The notes beneath the pieces were generated by a model. The model saw nothing but the letters and a program-made list of their open reading frames with translations. It had not been told where the DNA came from and ran no database searches. A stretch of DNA of 24,730 nucleotides from a virus (Duplodnaviria; Caudoviricetes): positions 1 to 24,730 of IMG/VR virus record IMGVR_UViG_3300020432_000050. One strand, 5' to 3'. Position numbers and translations under genes: made by a program. Shown here piece by piece: positions 1 through 7,139 of the stretch (its first letter is position 1; each line of letters starts with the position of its first letter).

Positions 1-1
1 A

Positions 2-52
2 GGTGATAAATATATTATTACTAAGTGGTGGAGAAGTTGGAGTCTTATCTAA
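2..52 (+). CDS. 3' end of a probable 2OG-Fe(II) oxygenase (prolyl 4-hydroxylase-like), partial
   Basis: Not in the ORF track. Frame 2 reads GDKYIITKWWRSWSLI* with TAA at 50-52. G-x-K-Y-I-I-T-K-W matches the final strand of P4Hc-type oxygenases. Only 16 codons are visible. Confidence 0.6.
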   Translation, partial: GDKYIITKWWRSWSLI

Positions 53-340
53 TTACCACTTAACTTTATGTGACCAGTACCTCGCAGAGAACTTATCAGG
101 ATTTGGATCCTGTGCGTTATGTCTTGCATAATATGATTTCTTTCTAGCTTTATCTTTTGCGGACTTTGGATTCTTCCCTGCACCTTTAACACCTTGTTGC
201 CCAAATCTAATTATTTTTTCTTTACCATCTTTACATGCCTTGACAACATGAGACTTTGTTTTATGACTTGGAGTCCTCTTTGGCTTATTACATTTCAAAT
301 GATCTTTTGAAAGTTGTTTAGCTTTTGCCCTCTTCGACAT
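53..340 (-). CDS. Small, very basic phage protein of unknown function
   Basis: 95 aa, Lys/Arg-rich, with motifs KIIRFGQQG, RKKSYYARH and FSARYWS. Resembles a family I recall from marine phages (DUF6321-like, unverified). Overlaps the dps 3' end by 23 nt. Confidence 0.75.
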   Translation of the reverse strand: MSKRAKAKQLSKDHLKCNKPKRTPSHKTKSHVVKACKDGKEKIIRFGQQGVKGAGKNPKSAKDKARKKSYYARHNAQDPNPDKFSARYWSHKVKW

Positions 341-827
341 CAGATCTTTCTTTATTAGAAGTCATATATGTCATTGTAGCTCTAAGATGCCATTGATTTT
401 TTTTATGCACTCTGCCTCTTTCTACAGCTAAATCTTGTGTTAGATCATCTCCTATCATCCCAGCATATTTTGCTAACTCTTCAAATGCACCTGCAAGTAT
501 GTCATGAGCATTACTTATGTCCAAAATAAGTTTATCTTGATCGAAGGGGTCGAAATTTTCTAAATCTTTTATTCTGGATGATAGCAAATCTCCAACACTC
601 ACTGGGGTCATTACATTTACAGATCTTATATGTTCAGCAATATTATCAATACCTTCAACCATTTCAGTTTGTATGTCTCCCGTAAGAAGATGAATTTGAT
701 AAAACTTTGATCCCATCAATCCCCAGTGAACTAATTGAGTTTGATTAAAAACCATTACTGAGTCTCTAAGACACTGGACTAAATGCTCGTTTACTAACGC
801 AGCATCCTTTGGATTTACATTATTCAT
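318..827 (-). CDS. dps: Dps family ferritin-like protein
   Basis: 169 aa. HWGLMGSKFYQIH...DNIAEH matches the Dps signature HWxxxGxxFxxxH...DxxAE. Ends with HKKNQWHLRA, like the Dps final helix. Confidence 0.9.
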   Translation of the reverse strand: MNNVNPKDAALVNEHLVQCLRDSVMVFNQTQLVHWGLMGSKFYQIHLLTGDIQTEMVEGIDNIAEHIRSVNVMTPVSVGDLLSSRIKDLENFDPFDQDKLILDISNAHDILAGAFEELAKYAGMIGDDLTQDLAVERGRVHKKNQWHLRATMTYMTSNKERSDVEEGKS

Positions 828-1015
828 TAAAGAATTTTTATAGTACCTTTCTGTACCTTAGCTCGAATACTTTGATCTTCGCCACCTTCTGTTCTAGCAA
901 GAGCATCTGGCATACGTGCCCTTTGTAATTCAGGCATATATTCCATAATTTTTTGGCTCTTGTCTTTTAAAAATGCTTTGGCTTTAGCTTGAGATCCATC
1001 CGATGTAGAAGTCAT
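827..1015 (-). CDS. Hypothetical protein (62 aa)
   Basis: ATG start; its stop overlaps the dps start by 1 nt (TAATG coupling); fills the gap between HNH and dps. Confidence 0.65.
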   Translation of the reverse strand: MTSTSDGSQAKAKAFLKDKSQKIMEYMPELQRARMPDALARTEGGEDQSIRAKVQKGTIKIL

Positions 1016-1394
1016 TTGTTATATACGGAGTAGCTTTATCTGAAGATACAAGCTTAATAGGAGCACTATTATCTTCTATCCAATGCTTTATTTTACCAAG
1101 TCTTTCCTCTGAATAATGAGAATTAGATGGATTATACCAATCTTCCAATAACACAGATCCTTTTGACCTATTACATTTGGAACAGGAACAAACCATATTT
1201 GATTTAACATTATGACCACCTTTATACTTTGGAACTATGTGATCTATAGTTGCAGATTTTGTATCTAATTCTTTATCGCAATATGCACACTTCCATTCCC
1301 ATGACTCAAATATTGACTGTCTAAATTTTCGTCGAGCATTACGAGGAGATAATTCGATTAGGTTGACTAATAAATCTTGCTCGCAATTAATCAT
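984..1394 (-). CDS. HNH endonuclease
   Basis: CAYC...TIDHIVPKYKGG...NMVCSCSKCNRSKG is a canonical zinc-binding HNH motif. Confidence 0.93.
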   Translation of the reverse strand: MINCEQDLLVNLIELSPRNARRKFRQSIFESWEWKCAYCDKELDTKSATIDHIVPKYKGGHNVKSNMVCSCSKCNRSKGSVLLEDWYNPSNSHYSEERLGKIKHWIEDNSAPIKLVSSDKATPYITNDFYIGWISS

Positions 1395-1397
1395 ATA

Positions 1398-1431
1398 TTA
1401 TGCAGCTTTGAGAAAACTCTATGCTGCATAA
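1398..1431 (-). promoter_or_regulatory. Stem-loop / inverted repeat immediately upstream of the HNH start codon
   Basis: Perfect 9-bp inverted repeat TTATGCAGC (1398-1406) / GCTGCATAA (1423-1431) with an inner GAG/CTC pair; only 3 nt separate it from the ATG at 1394. Confidence 0.6.
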
Positions 1432-1450
1432 ACTTGCACAAGTGTATCGT

Positions 1451-1675
1451 TTATTCCATTAATGGAACTAAATCTATCTCTTCTTCTATTTCACAGTCTG
1501 ATTCTTCTAACAATCTTAATAAATAATAATGAATTTTTTCAGTCACCCACTTTAAGTCTTCATCCTTTACATCATTGAATATTGCATTTAAAGTTAAATC
1601 ACGGGAAGGGGTTCGAATATGATCGGCTAACAATCTAAGAGCTTTATATCTTTGTTGATTCATCTCCGACAACAT
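1451..1675 (-). CDS. Hypothetical protein
   Basis: ORF track gives 1451..1699. ATG at 1675 (MLSEMNQQ...) lies just after the upstream stop at 1677 and is the likelier start. Helical, with an acidic C-terminus. Confidence 0.7.
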   Translation of the reverse strand: MLSEMNQQRYKALRLLADHIRTPSRDLTLNAIFNDVKDEDLKWVTEKIHYYLLRLLEESDCEIEEEIDLVPLME

Positions 1676-1676
1676 A

Positions 1677-1904
1677 TCATGTGACCTCAGCAATATCAAT
1701 CTTTGGTTCTTCTTCAGGTGGATGTTCTACTTCTTTCTTAAGAAACTGAACAATCTCAATAGCTCCTAACACTTTTAAATAGGACTCTTTTGTCTGACTT
1801 AAATCCAAATCTTTTAATTTAATGTCATTAGCCATATTGGTTTGTTGTTCCGTTAATTGTTTTAACGTATCTTCTAATTTTTCTAAGGAAACTTTGCAAG
1901 ACAT
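1677..1904 (-). CDS. Small coiled-coil hypothetical protein
   Basis: 75 aa with heptad pattern LEKLEDTLKQLTEQQ...LKVLGAIE. Confidence 0.75.
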   Translation of the reverse strand: MSCKVSLEKLEDTLKQLTEQQTNMANDIKLKDLDLSQTKESYLKVLGAIEIVQFLKKEVEHPPEEEPKIDIAEVT

Positions 1905-1954
1905 AGTAAATATTCCATTAATTTGAGTATAGCTTCCTAAATTTTATCTAGCTA

Positions 1955-2503
1955 CTAGCAGTCGTTATAATTTTTAGCTATATCCCCACCAATTTCAGAT
2001 GCTTTATCTTGAGCAAACATTGTAACCAGTCCAGCTGCTAACCATCCAACAATTGGTATATTACTGACCACAGGAGCTGCTTTAACCCCTACAGAGGCTC
2101 CTACGACCCTACCAGTGGCATTTCCGCTTCCTTCGACTTTTATACAAGCGATATCTTTATCGGTCATTACATTGCCTTCTGATTGTCCTGAAGATGATTC
2201 ACTATTCATAGTATAAGTTTCTCTTAAACTAAATTTAGAGTCTTTTTTAAATAATCCTTTTTCTTCATCAACAAGTTTTGTTCTTGCAAGAATTTTTGGA
2301 TCATTAGCTTTATAACTGATACTATATCCCTTTTCTGAAGTAACGACTCTATAACTTGTATAAGGTCCTACTGGTAAATTCAAATTTGGGAAAGGACTTT
2401 TAAATTTTTGAGAAACTAAAGTATTCATCAAAGAAAGATTCGATATTCCTAAGACGCTTACTAAAGCTATTACTCCCCAGTTTCTTCTTTGTCTGTAGTA
2501 CAT
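1955..2503 (-). CDS. Membrane-anchored protein with C-terminal glycine-zipper-like hydrophobic hairpin
   Basis: Basic N-terminus plus hydrophobic segment WGVIALVSVLGISNLSLM; C-terminal GNATGRVVGASVG...IPIVGWLAAGLVTMF; two Cys, one being the last residue. Confidence 0.8.
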   Translation of the reverse strand: MYYRQRRNWGVIALVSVLGISNLSLMNTLVSQKFKSPFPNLNLPVGPYTSYRVVTSEKGYSISYKANDPKILARTKLVDEEKGLFKKDSKFSLRETYTMNSESSSGQSEGNVMTDKDIACIKVEGSGNATGRVVGASVGVKAAPVVSNIPIVGWLAAGLVTMFAQDKASEIGGDIAKNYNDC

Positions 2504-2504
2504 G

Positions 2505-2882
2505 TCACTTATTAGTATTATCGGTAATAACTTTGATTGGAGCTTGTTCTATACGCAAAATCTGAGTATGAACTGCATCTGATTTACTAGCTGAATCTTT
2601 AGCCTTTTGACTCTTACCTCGTGATGCATCAACACCAAAGCTTGAAAGCGTAGCTGTCAGAATCGAAGCTGGAAATGTAATATCCTTGGGTTCATTACTG
2701 TAGCCTGGAATAGATATGTAGTTAAGGCTGACGATAAATCCGCTCCAGGCGATCACGACAAGCCTGACCACGACTGAGATAAAGGCTAATTGCTCATCTT
2801 TATCATCTATGTTTTCCTTAATCTTCGTAAAAACATTTTTCTTCTGTTGTGATTTAGAAGACTCTTTTAAATTTTCAGTCAT
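2505..2882 (-). CDS. Two-transmembrane-segment membrane protein
   Basis: Hydrophobic LAFISVVVRLVVIAWSGFIVSLNYI and ITFPASILTATLSSFGV, with charged termini. ATG at 2882 preferred over the TTG at 2894. Confidence 0.8.
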   Translation of the reverse strand: MTENLKESSKSQQKKNVFTKIKENIDDKDEQLAFISVVVRLVVIAWSGFIVSLNYISIPGYSNEPKDITFPASILTATLSSFGVDASRGKSQKAKDSASKSDAVHTQILRIEQAPIKVITDNTNK

Positions 2883-2951
2883 TTTATAATCCAATTAATA
2901 CTAAGTTTCGCTCATGTAAACTTATGTATAGCAAACAATAAGTATAGAAAG

Positions 2952-3449
2952 ATGAGAAAATTTCTCCCTTTGTTGATATTGATATTTGCACCAGTAGCAA
3001 AGGCAGATATCACTCATAAACTATCAAGTAGTGTACAGCTACAGGTTAATGCTGCTGCAACTAATGTTGAAAGATTAGGAACTTCATATAGCGTTTCAGG
3101 AAACAATGTGACGACTCAGTACACACCTGAAGGTGGATCAGCTACAAACTCTGTTGGTGCATTAACAATTACATCGGGAGTTGGCTCAATCCCTACCTTG
3201 TCATCAGTTCAGGCTACAGCAGGTGAAAGCTTCAGCTTTACTCAAAGTTTTACTCAAGGAGATGCCTTGGTAACTTCTGCTCCAGCTACAGGTTCTGTTA
3301 GTGCTTTTTCTAATCAAACCTCAACTGCAGCAGGAACTGCAGGCACATTAGCAGGTACAATCGATTCAAGTTCAACAATTACACTCACAGGGGGCGGTGC
3401 AGGAACAGTAGCCACAGGGCAATTTGTAAGTGAGATCAGTATCAAATGA
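2952..3449 (+). CDS. Secreted Ser/Thr/Gly-rich beta protein
   Basis: Sec signal peptide MRKFLPLLILIFAPVAKA with an A-K-A cleavage site; mature region is rich in S/T/G/A with alternating beta patterns and no Cys. Confidence 0.85.
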   Translation: MRKFLPLLILIFAPVAKADITHKLSSSVQLQVNAAATNVERLGTSYSVSGNNVTTQYTPEGGSATNSVGALTITSGVGSIPTLSSVQATAGESFSFTQSFTQGDALVTSAPATGSVSAFSNQTSTAAGTAGTLAGTIDSSSTITLTGGGAGTVATGQFVSEISIK

Positions 3450-3589
3450 AGTTAAAGGATCATGCTTTTGCAATTAAAGAAAGTGAAGATGATAAAGATC
3501 CTGAAAAGTGTGATACCTGTGGTCGTATTAAGCTCACTCAGTGCGTCTGTAGAAGCCGTACCAGTCGTTCCCAACTTTCAGACTGGTAG
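3446..3589 (+). CDS. Possible overlapping small protein (47 aa) with CxxC...CxC
   Basis: Not in the ORF track. MKLKDHAFAIKESEDDKDPEKCDTCGRIKLTQCVCRSRTSRSQLSDW*. Its ATG overlaps the upstream TGA (ATGA). Confidence 0.4.
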   Translation: MKLKDHAFAIKESEDDKDPEKCDTCGRIKLTQCVCRSRTSRSQLSDW

Positions 3590-3932
3590 TCTTACCTCAC
3601 ATACAGAGACTACTTCTACAGTGACAGAGACTATAAATGTCGTTGATTATCAAACAGGGTGGCAATATACCGTTACAGGTAATAACATTAGTACAGATGC
3701 AAGTAGCTTGGTTCCTCCAGCTCAGAGTGTTACACAGTCTGTTAATGGTGTAAATTCGACGTGGACAAATCTAGATACAAACAATATGCCAAACTTCACG
3801 GTGACGGATTCAAGCAAGCCGTGGCAACTAACTACGACTCTCAGTCAGCCAGGATTAAAATCTCAGACCATAATACAAAGGACAACAGAGATAACTTCAG
3901 TCACAGACACAGTTTCAACCTTCAGTCAGTAA
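3462..3932 (+). CDS. Secreted Thr-rich beta protein
   Basis: Signal peptide (M)IKILKSVIPVVVLSSLSASVEA, then VPVVPNFQTGS.... Start is either ATG 3462 or ATG 3489. Confidence 0.85.
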   Translation: MLLQLKKVKMIKILKSVIPVVVLSSLSASVEAVPVVPNFQTGSLTSHTETTSTVTETINVVDYQTGWQYTVTGNNISTDASSLVPPAQSVTQSVNGVNSTWTNLDTNNMPNFTVTDSSKPWQLTTTLSQPGLKSQTIIQRTTEITSVTDTVSTFSQ

Positions 3933-4573
3933 AATATTTACTCTTAGCCCTAAATATATTTAGTACTCCTATCTATGCAAATGAAGTAGGAGGGGTGTCA
4001 GCCACAGCGAACCCCGTCGCAAATTCCAGTGGCAGTGTTTCCAATTTGGCTGTCCAAAATTTATCGGGTCCTTATATAACCAATACTCATGGAAATGGGG
4101 TGTCATGTCAGGGGGCAACTCTTAGCATTACTCCCTTTGCTACATTACAAGATTCATGGAAAGAACCTTATGAAGATTATTATATGGATCCAGTTTTTGA
4201 CAATTCAGATACCAATAATGATGGGGTCTTAGACAATCCTGGATCTGTTCTTTATTACAAACCTACTAGGACGGGACAGAAAACTAATCACAGTATTGGA
4301 TGGGGCATTAGTATGAACATAACCGTACCATTAGATAAACGTCATAACGAGGGATGTTTGGCTGCTGCTAACACTCAAAATCAATTAAATAAACAATTAT
4401 TAGCTAATAAAAGATTGGACTTTGAAATGGCAAGATTAAAACATTGTGCGGAGCAGAAAAGATTAGGAGTTACCTTTCATCCATCAAGCCCAGCTGCTCA
4501 GATTTGTGCAGATATCGTAGTTGCGAACCCTCATGGAGTTATTCCTAATCATCAGCACGAGATTCCGAAATAA
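3761..4573 (+). CDS. Exported, possibly outer-membrane, protein with beta-hairpin, coiled coil and DxNxDG loop
   Basis: Internal signal-like segment KYLLLALNIFSTPIYA; amphipathic strands ATLSITPF and IGWGISMNITVPL; long helix AAANTQNQLNKQLLANKRLDFEMARL; four Cys; DTNNDGVLD. GTG start lies inside the upstream gene. Confidence 0.8.
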   Translation: MDKSRYKQYAKLHGDGFKQAVATNYDSQSARIKISDHNTKDNRDNFSHRHSFNLQSVKYLLLALNIFSTPIYANEVGGVSATANPVANSSGSVSNLAVQNLSGPYITNTHGNGVSCQGATLSITPFATLQDSWKEPYEDYYMDPVFDNSDTNNDGVLDNPGSVLYYKPTRTGQKTNHSIGWGISMNITVPLDKRHNEGCLAAANTQNQLNKQLLANKRLDFEMARLKHCAEQKRLGVTFHPSSPAAQICADIVVANPHGVIPNHQHEIPK

Positions 4574-5270
4574 GTTTCTTTTTTCTCTTTAATCCTTTAA
4601 ATTTTTCAGTTTGTTTTTTACCAAATAAAGCCTGAATTTTTTTAAATAATTGCTTTAATAATGGACGTATTAATCTTAATAATAAGGGTGTTGCAGCTGC
4701 TGAAGCTGTTGCTACTACAGCAATTGCCGCTGTTGTACTAACTTGAGATGTATTTGGCAAATATTTATCCGCTGCAGAGGTTGGTTCATATAAAACTATA
4801 CAAGTTTTTTTATCAGCACTAAGTTCATGACCTATAACTTTTTCTTCTCCATTACGTGTTATATCTCCAACTCTCGGTTGATTTGGAGCAGGACATTCAA
4901 CTTCTTTTTGTGGTGGTGGAAGGTTATCTAAATTAGGCTGAGGAGTTTCTAATTCTGGTGCTGGAGTTACATTAGGTGGAGCTACATCTTCTACAAAAAC
5001 TAAATCTTCAGGAACATAGTCCATAGGAAAGAAGTATGGCACAGTCCCATCGCACAAAATTCTATTACCTCTTTCGTCTTCAGTTACAAGTTTTATTGAT
5101 TTTTCATTGGCAGGATTAAATACAACACAGCCTGGAACTTGGATTATGGGATTTCCAATAGTTAATGTAACAGGTGGACTAAAAGGTATTGCTTGTATAG
5201 GCGTATTGATATAACTATTAATAGGAATTATTTCTAATTTATTTATATTTATTTGATTTATTTCGGACAA
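4545..5270 (-). CDS. Proline-rich protein with C-terminal transmembrane anchor and basic tail
   Basis: TTG start just after the upstream stop; two Cys pairs flank a Pro-rich linker; hydrophobic TAAIAVVATASAAATPLLL followed by a Lys/Arg-rich tail. Confidence 0.8.
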   Translation of the reverse strand: MSEINQININKLEIIPINSYINTPIQAIPFSPPVTLTIGNPIIQVPGCVVFNPANEKSIKLVTEDERGNRILCDGTVPYFFPMDYVPEDLVFVEDVAPPNVTPAPELETPQPNLDNLPPPQKEVECPAPNQPRVGDITRNGEEKVIGHELSADKKTCIVLYEPTSAADKYLPNTSQVSTTAAIAVVATASAAATPLLLRLIRPLLKQLFKKIQALFGKKQTEKFKGLKRKKKLISESRADD

Positions 5271-5272
5271 TT

Positions 5273-5506
5273 TTAAAATGGATCTATAGGTAAAGTAGGT
5301 CTTGGAATCACATCGCCAGTTGTATCAGGTATTGGTAAAGCATCTCCTAAAGTATCTCCTATTCCACCTGAGATCGACTCTAATGCTTTATCTTTTATAT
5401 TGTTGATGATTGCATCTTTATTTAAGTAAATGCCTAATCCAGCTCCCACAACGGTCAATGAAACTACACCTGAAGCAACGGCTATTGCATTAATAATTTT
5501 TTGCAT
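5273..5506 (-). CDS. Small single-pass membrane protein
   Basis: 77 aa; N-terminal TM IINAIAVASGVVSLTVVGAGLGIYL; Pro/Gly-rich tail. Confidence 0.8.
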   Translation of the reverse strand: MQKIINAIAVASGVVSLTVVGAGLGIYLNKDAIINNIKDKALESISGGIGDTLGDALPIPDTTGDVIPRPTLPIDPF

Positions 5507-5561
5507 TTTTTTTTAAAATCTTATATTTTTATTCTACTGTTATTTTTATAAACTAACCAGC

Positions 5562-6152
5562 CTAAGCTGATACCTCCATCACTGTTATTGTAGATGTTGC
5601 TCTTCCTACAAAGCTTGAATTACTATCAGTTTTATATCTATTTATAAATAATTCTGAACTTGCACTATCAGGAGTTGCACATTGAAAATCATAAGTTAAC
5701 GAACTCGTTGATGAAGGAGAGTCTAAAAATGTGCCACTACATATTTGCATTTCATACTGATTGAGATTGCCAGATTCAAAAGTACATCGAGTTCTATTAC
5801 CATCAGCATCACCTCTTAGAATTTCAGTTCCAGCCCTTCTTAAATTAAACATCCCATAATTATTACAACTAACTGAAATTGAATAATGTACAAGTACTTT
5901 ATTTGATGAAGAACTTGGAGTAATATCTACAGATAATCCAGATATAGTTTGAAAATTTTGTGATTGAAATGATTGAGTGTCTAATTTAGTGTCTGAAACT
6001 ACTTGCAGAATTTTACCTCCTCCAAATCCTGTTGCTGTACCAGAGCAAGTTGCATTTGCTGGAAAGGTAACATTACCAGAGGAATCTAATGTGATTGCAT
6101 CTGCAGAAGCTCCTGTGTGTCTGACACTATTAACAACTAACCTACTAGTCAT
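5562..6152 (-). CDS. Tail fibre / receptor-binding-type virion protein (GGGKILQVV paralog 1)
   Basis: GGGKILQVV...VDITPSSSSNKVLV...FLDSPSSTSSLTY...STITVMEVSA; paralogous to 6543..7139 and 7136..7777. Confidence 0.75.
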   Translation of the reverse strand: MTSRLVVNSVRHTGASADAITLDSSGNVTFPANATCSGTATGFGGGKILQVVSDTKLDTQSFQSQNFQTISGLSVDITPSSSSNKVLVHYSISVSCNNYGMFNLRRAGTEILRGDADGNRTRCTFESGNLNQYEMQICSGTFLDSPSSTSSLTYDFQCATPDSASSELFINRYKTDSNSSFVGRATSTITVMEVSA

Positions 6153-6162
6153 TGTTTATCTC

Positions 6163-6486
6163 CTATGGCTTTGGATTTGCGTCTTTAACAGCCTTAATGT
6201 GTGTTGCCCAAGTACCAGTTGTATCAAACTTACCAGCAACTAAGTCCTTATAGATCATGTCAAGCTGGTTACCATAAGAGTCATACCTTGTAGAACCGTT
6301 GGTTGTTCTGTCTGTTTGATATTTAACAGCAGCAGCTTCAGCGTTTAATGTAGTTCTTGCAGCATCTATTTTAGATTGATCAAGAGTAACTGAATTACCA
6401 TCTTTATCAAATGCTCCTTGACCATCATCAATAGAAACCACTGTTTCTGGGTATGCCTTATAAATTGCTTCGTGGTCTAATGCCAT
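6163..6486 (-). CDS. Probable fibre assembly chaperone / accessory protein
   Basis: 107 aa ending Y..DR...QLDMIYKD...WATHIKAVKDANPKP, a pattern typical of small genes beside marine phage fibre genes. Confidence 0.65.
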   Translation of the reverse strand: MALDHEAIYKAYPETVVSIDDGQGAFDKDGNSVTLDQSKIDAARTTLNAEAAAVKYQTDRTTNGSTRYDSYGNQLDMIYKDLVAGKFDTTGTWATHIKAVKDANPKP

Positions 6487-6542
6487 ATCAAAAAAATCCT
6501 TTATTTATATAGTTATTTTAAGGGAGCTAAACATATCAATTA

Positions 6543-7139
6543 TTATGCTGCTACCTCCATAGCTGTTATTGTTGAAACACCGTTTGACATGTAAGTGTAG
6601 TTATCAAGTTGTGGAGAACTATTAATACCAAGGATGTAACTAGAAGAATACGGAGTATGTGCTTGTAATTTATAAGTTGTTGCAGACGTTGTGTTTGGAG
6701 AATCTAAAAATTCTTGAGCTACGCACCTTCCATCTACATAACCTGTCGTGTAACTACCAAAAGAACCTCTGGACTGACTTGTAGCACTTGCGTTTTGATC
6801 ACCAATAAAAATTGTGCTATCACTACCTCTTACTAAACGCATGTTCCAATATTGAGCAGAATTCAAAAAAATAAAAAGAGAATATTTAATTAGAACTTTA
6901 CTAGAAGCTGAGGTAGGTGTGATGGTAACACTCATACCTGCAACATCAACTAAAGTTGTCGATTGTATGGTTGTTCTATCTTTCTTAACTGTTTGTACGA
7001 CTTGAATGATACCTGTCTTACCTAATGTAAGATTTTCTGTATCAGGTAAAGTTAATACTCTTGTATTTCCACTAGAAGAAGGAGCCTTAATTTCAAAAGT
7101 ACCTCCTCCAGAATCAGCTGTTAATTTAATACTACTCAT
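6543..7139 (-). CDS. Tail fibre / receptor-binding-type virion protein (paralog 2)
   Basis: ATG at 7139 overlaps the upstream TGA (ATGA), so it is preferred over 7172. Motifs IIQVVQTVK, VTITPTSASSKVLI, FLDSPNTTSATTYKLQ, STITAMEVAA. Confidence 0.75.
   Translation of the reverse strand: MSSIKLTADSGGGTFEIKAPSSSGNTRVLTLPDTENLTLGKTGIIQVVQTVKKDRTTIQSTTLVDVAGMSVTITPTSASSKVLIKYSLFIFLNSAQYWNMRLVRGSDSTIFIGDQNASATSQSRGSFGSYTTGYVDGRCVAQEFLDSPNTTSATTYKLQAHTPYSSSYILGINSSPQLDNYTYMSNGVSTITAMEVAA

Noticed and set aside
2952-4573. Calling the secreted trio true curli (csgA/csgB/csgG) or spanins
   Set aside because: No curlin repeats and no lipobox Cys after any signal peptide; the resemblance is architectural only.
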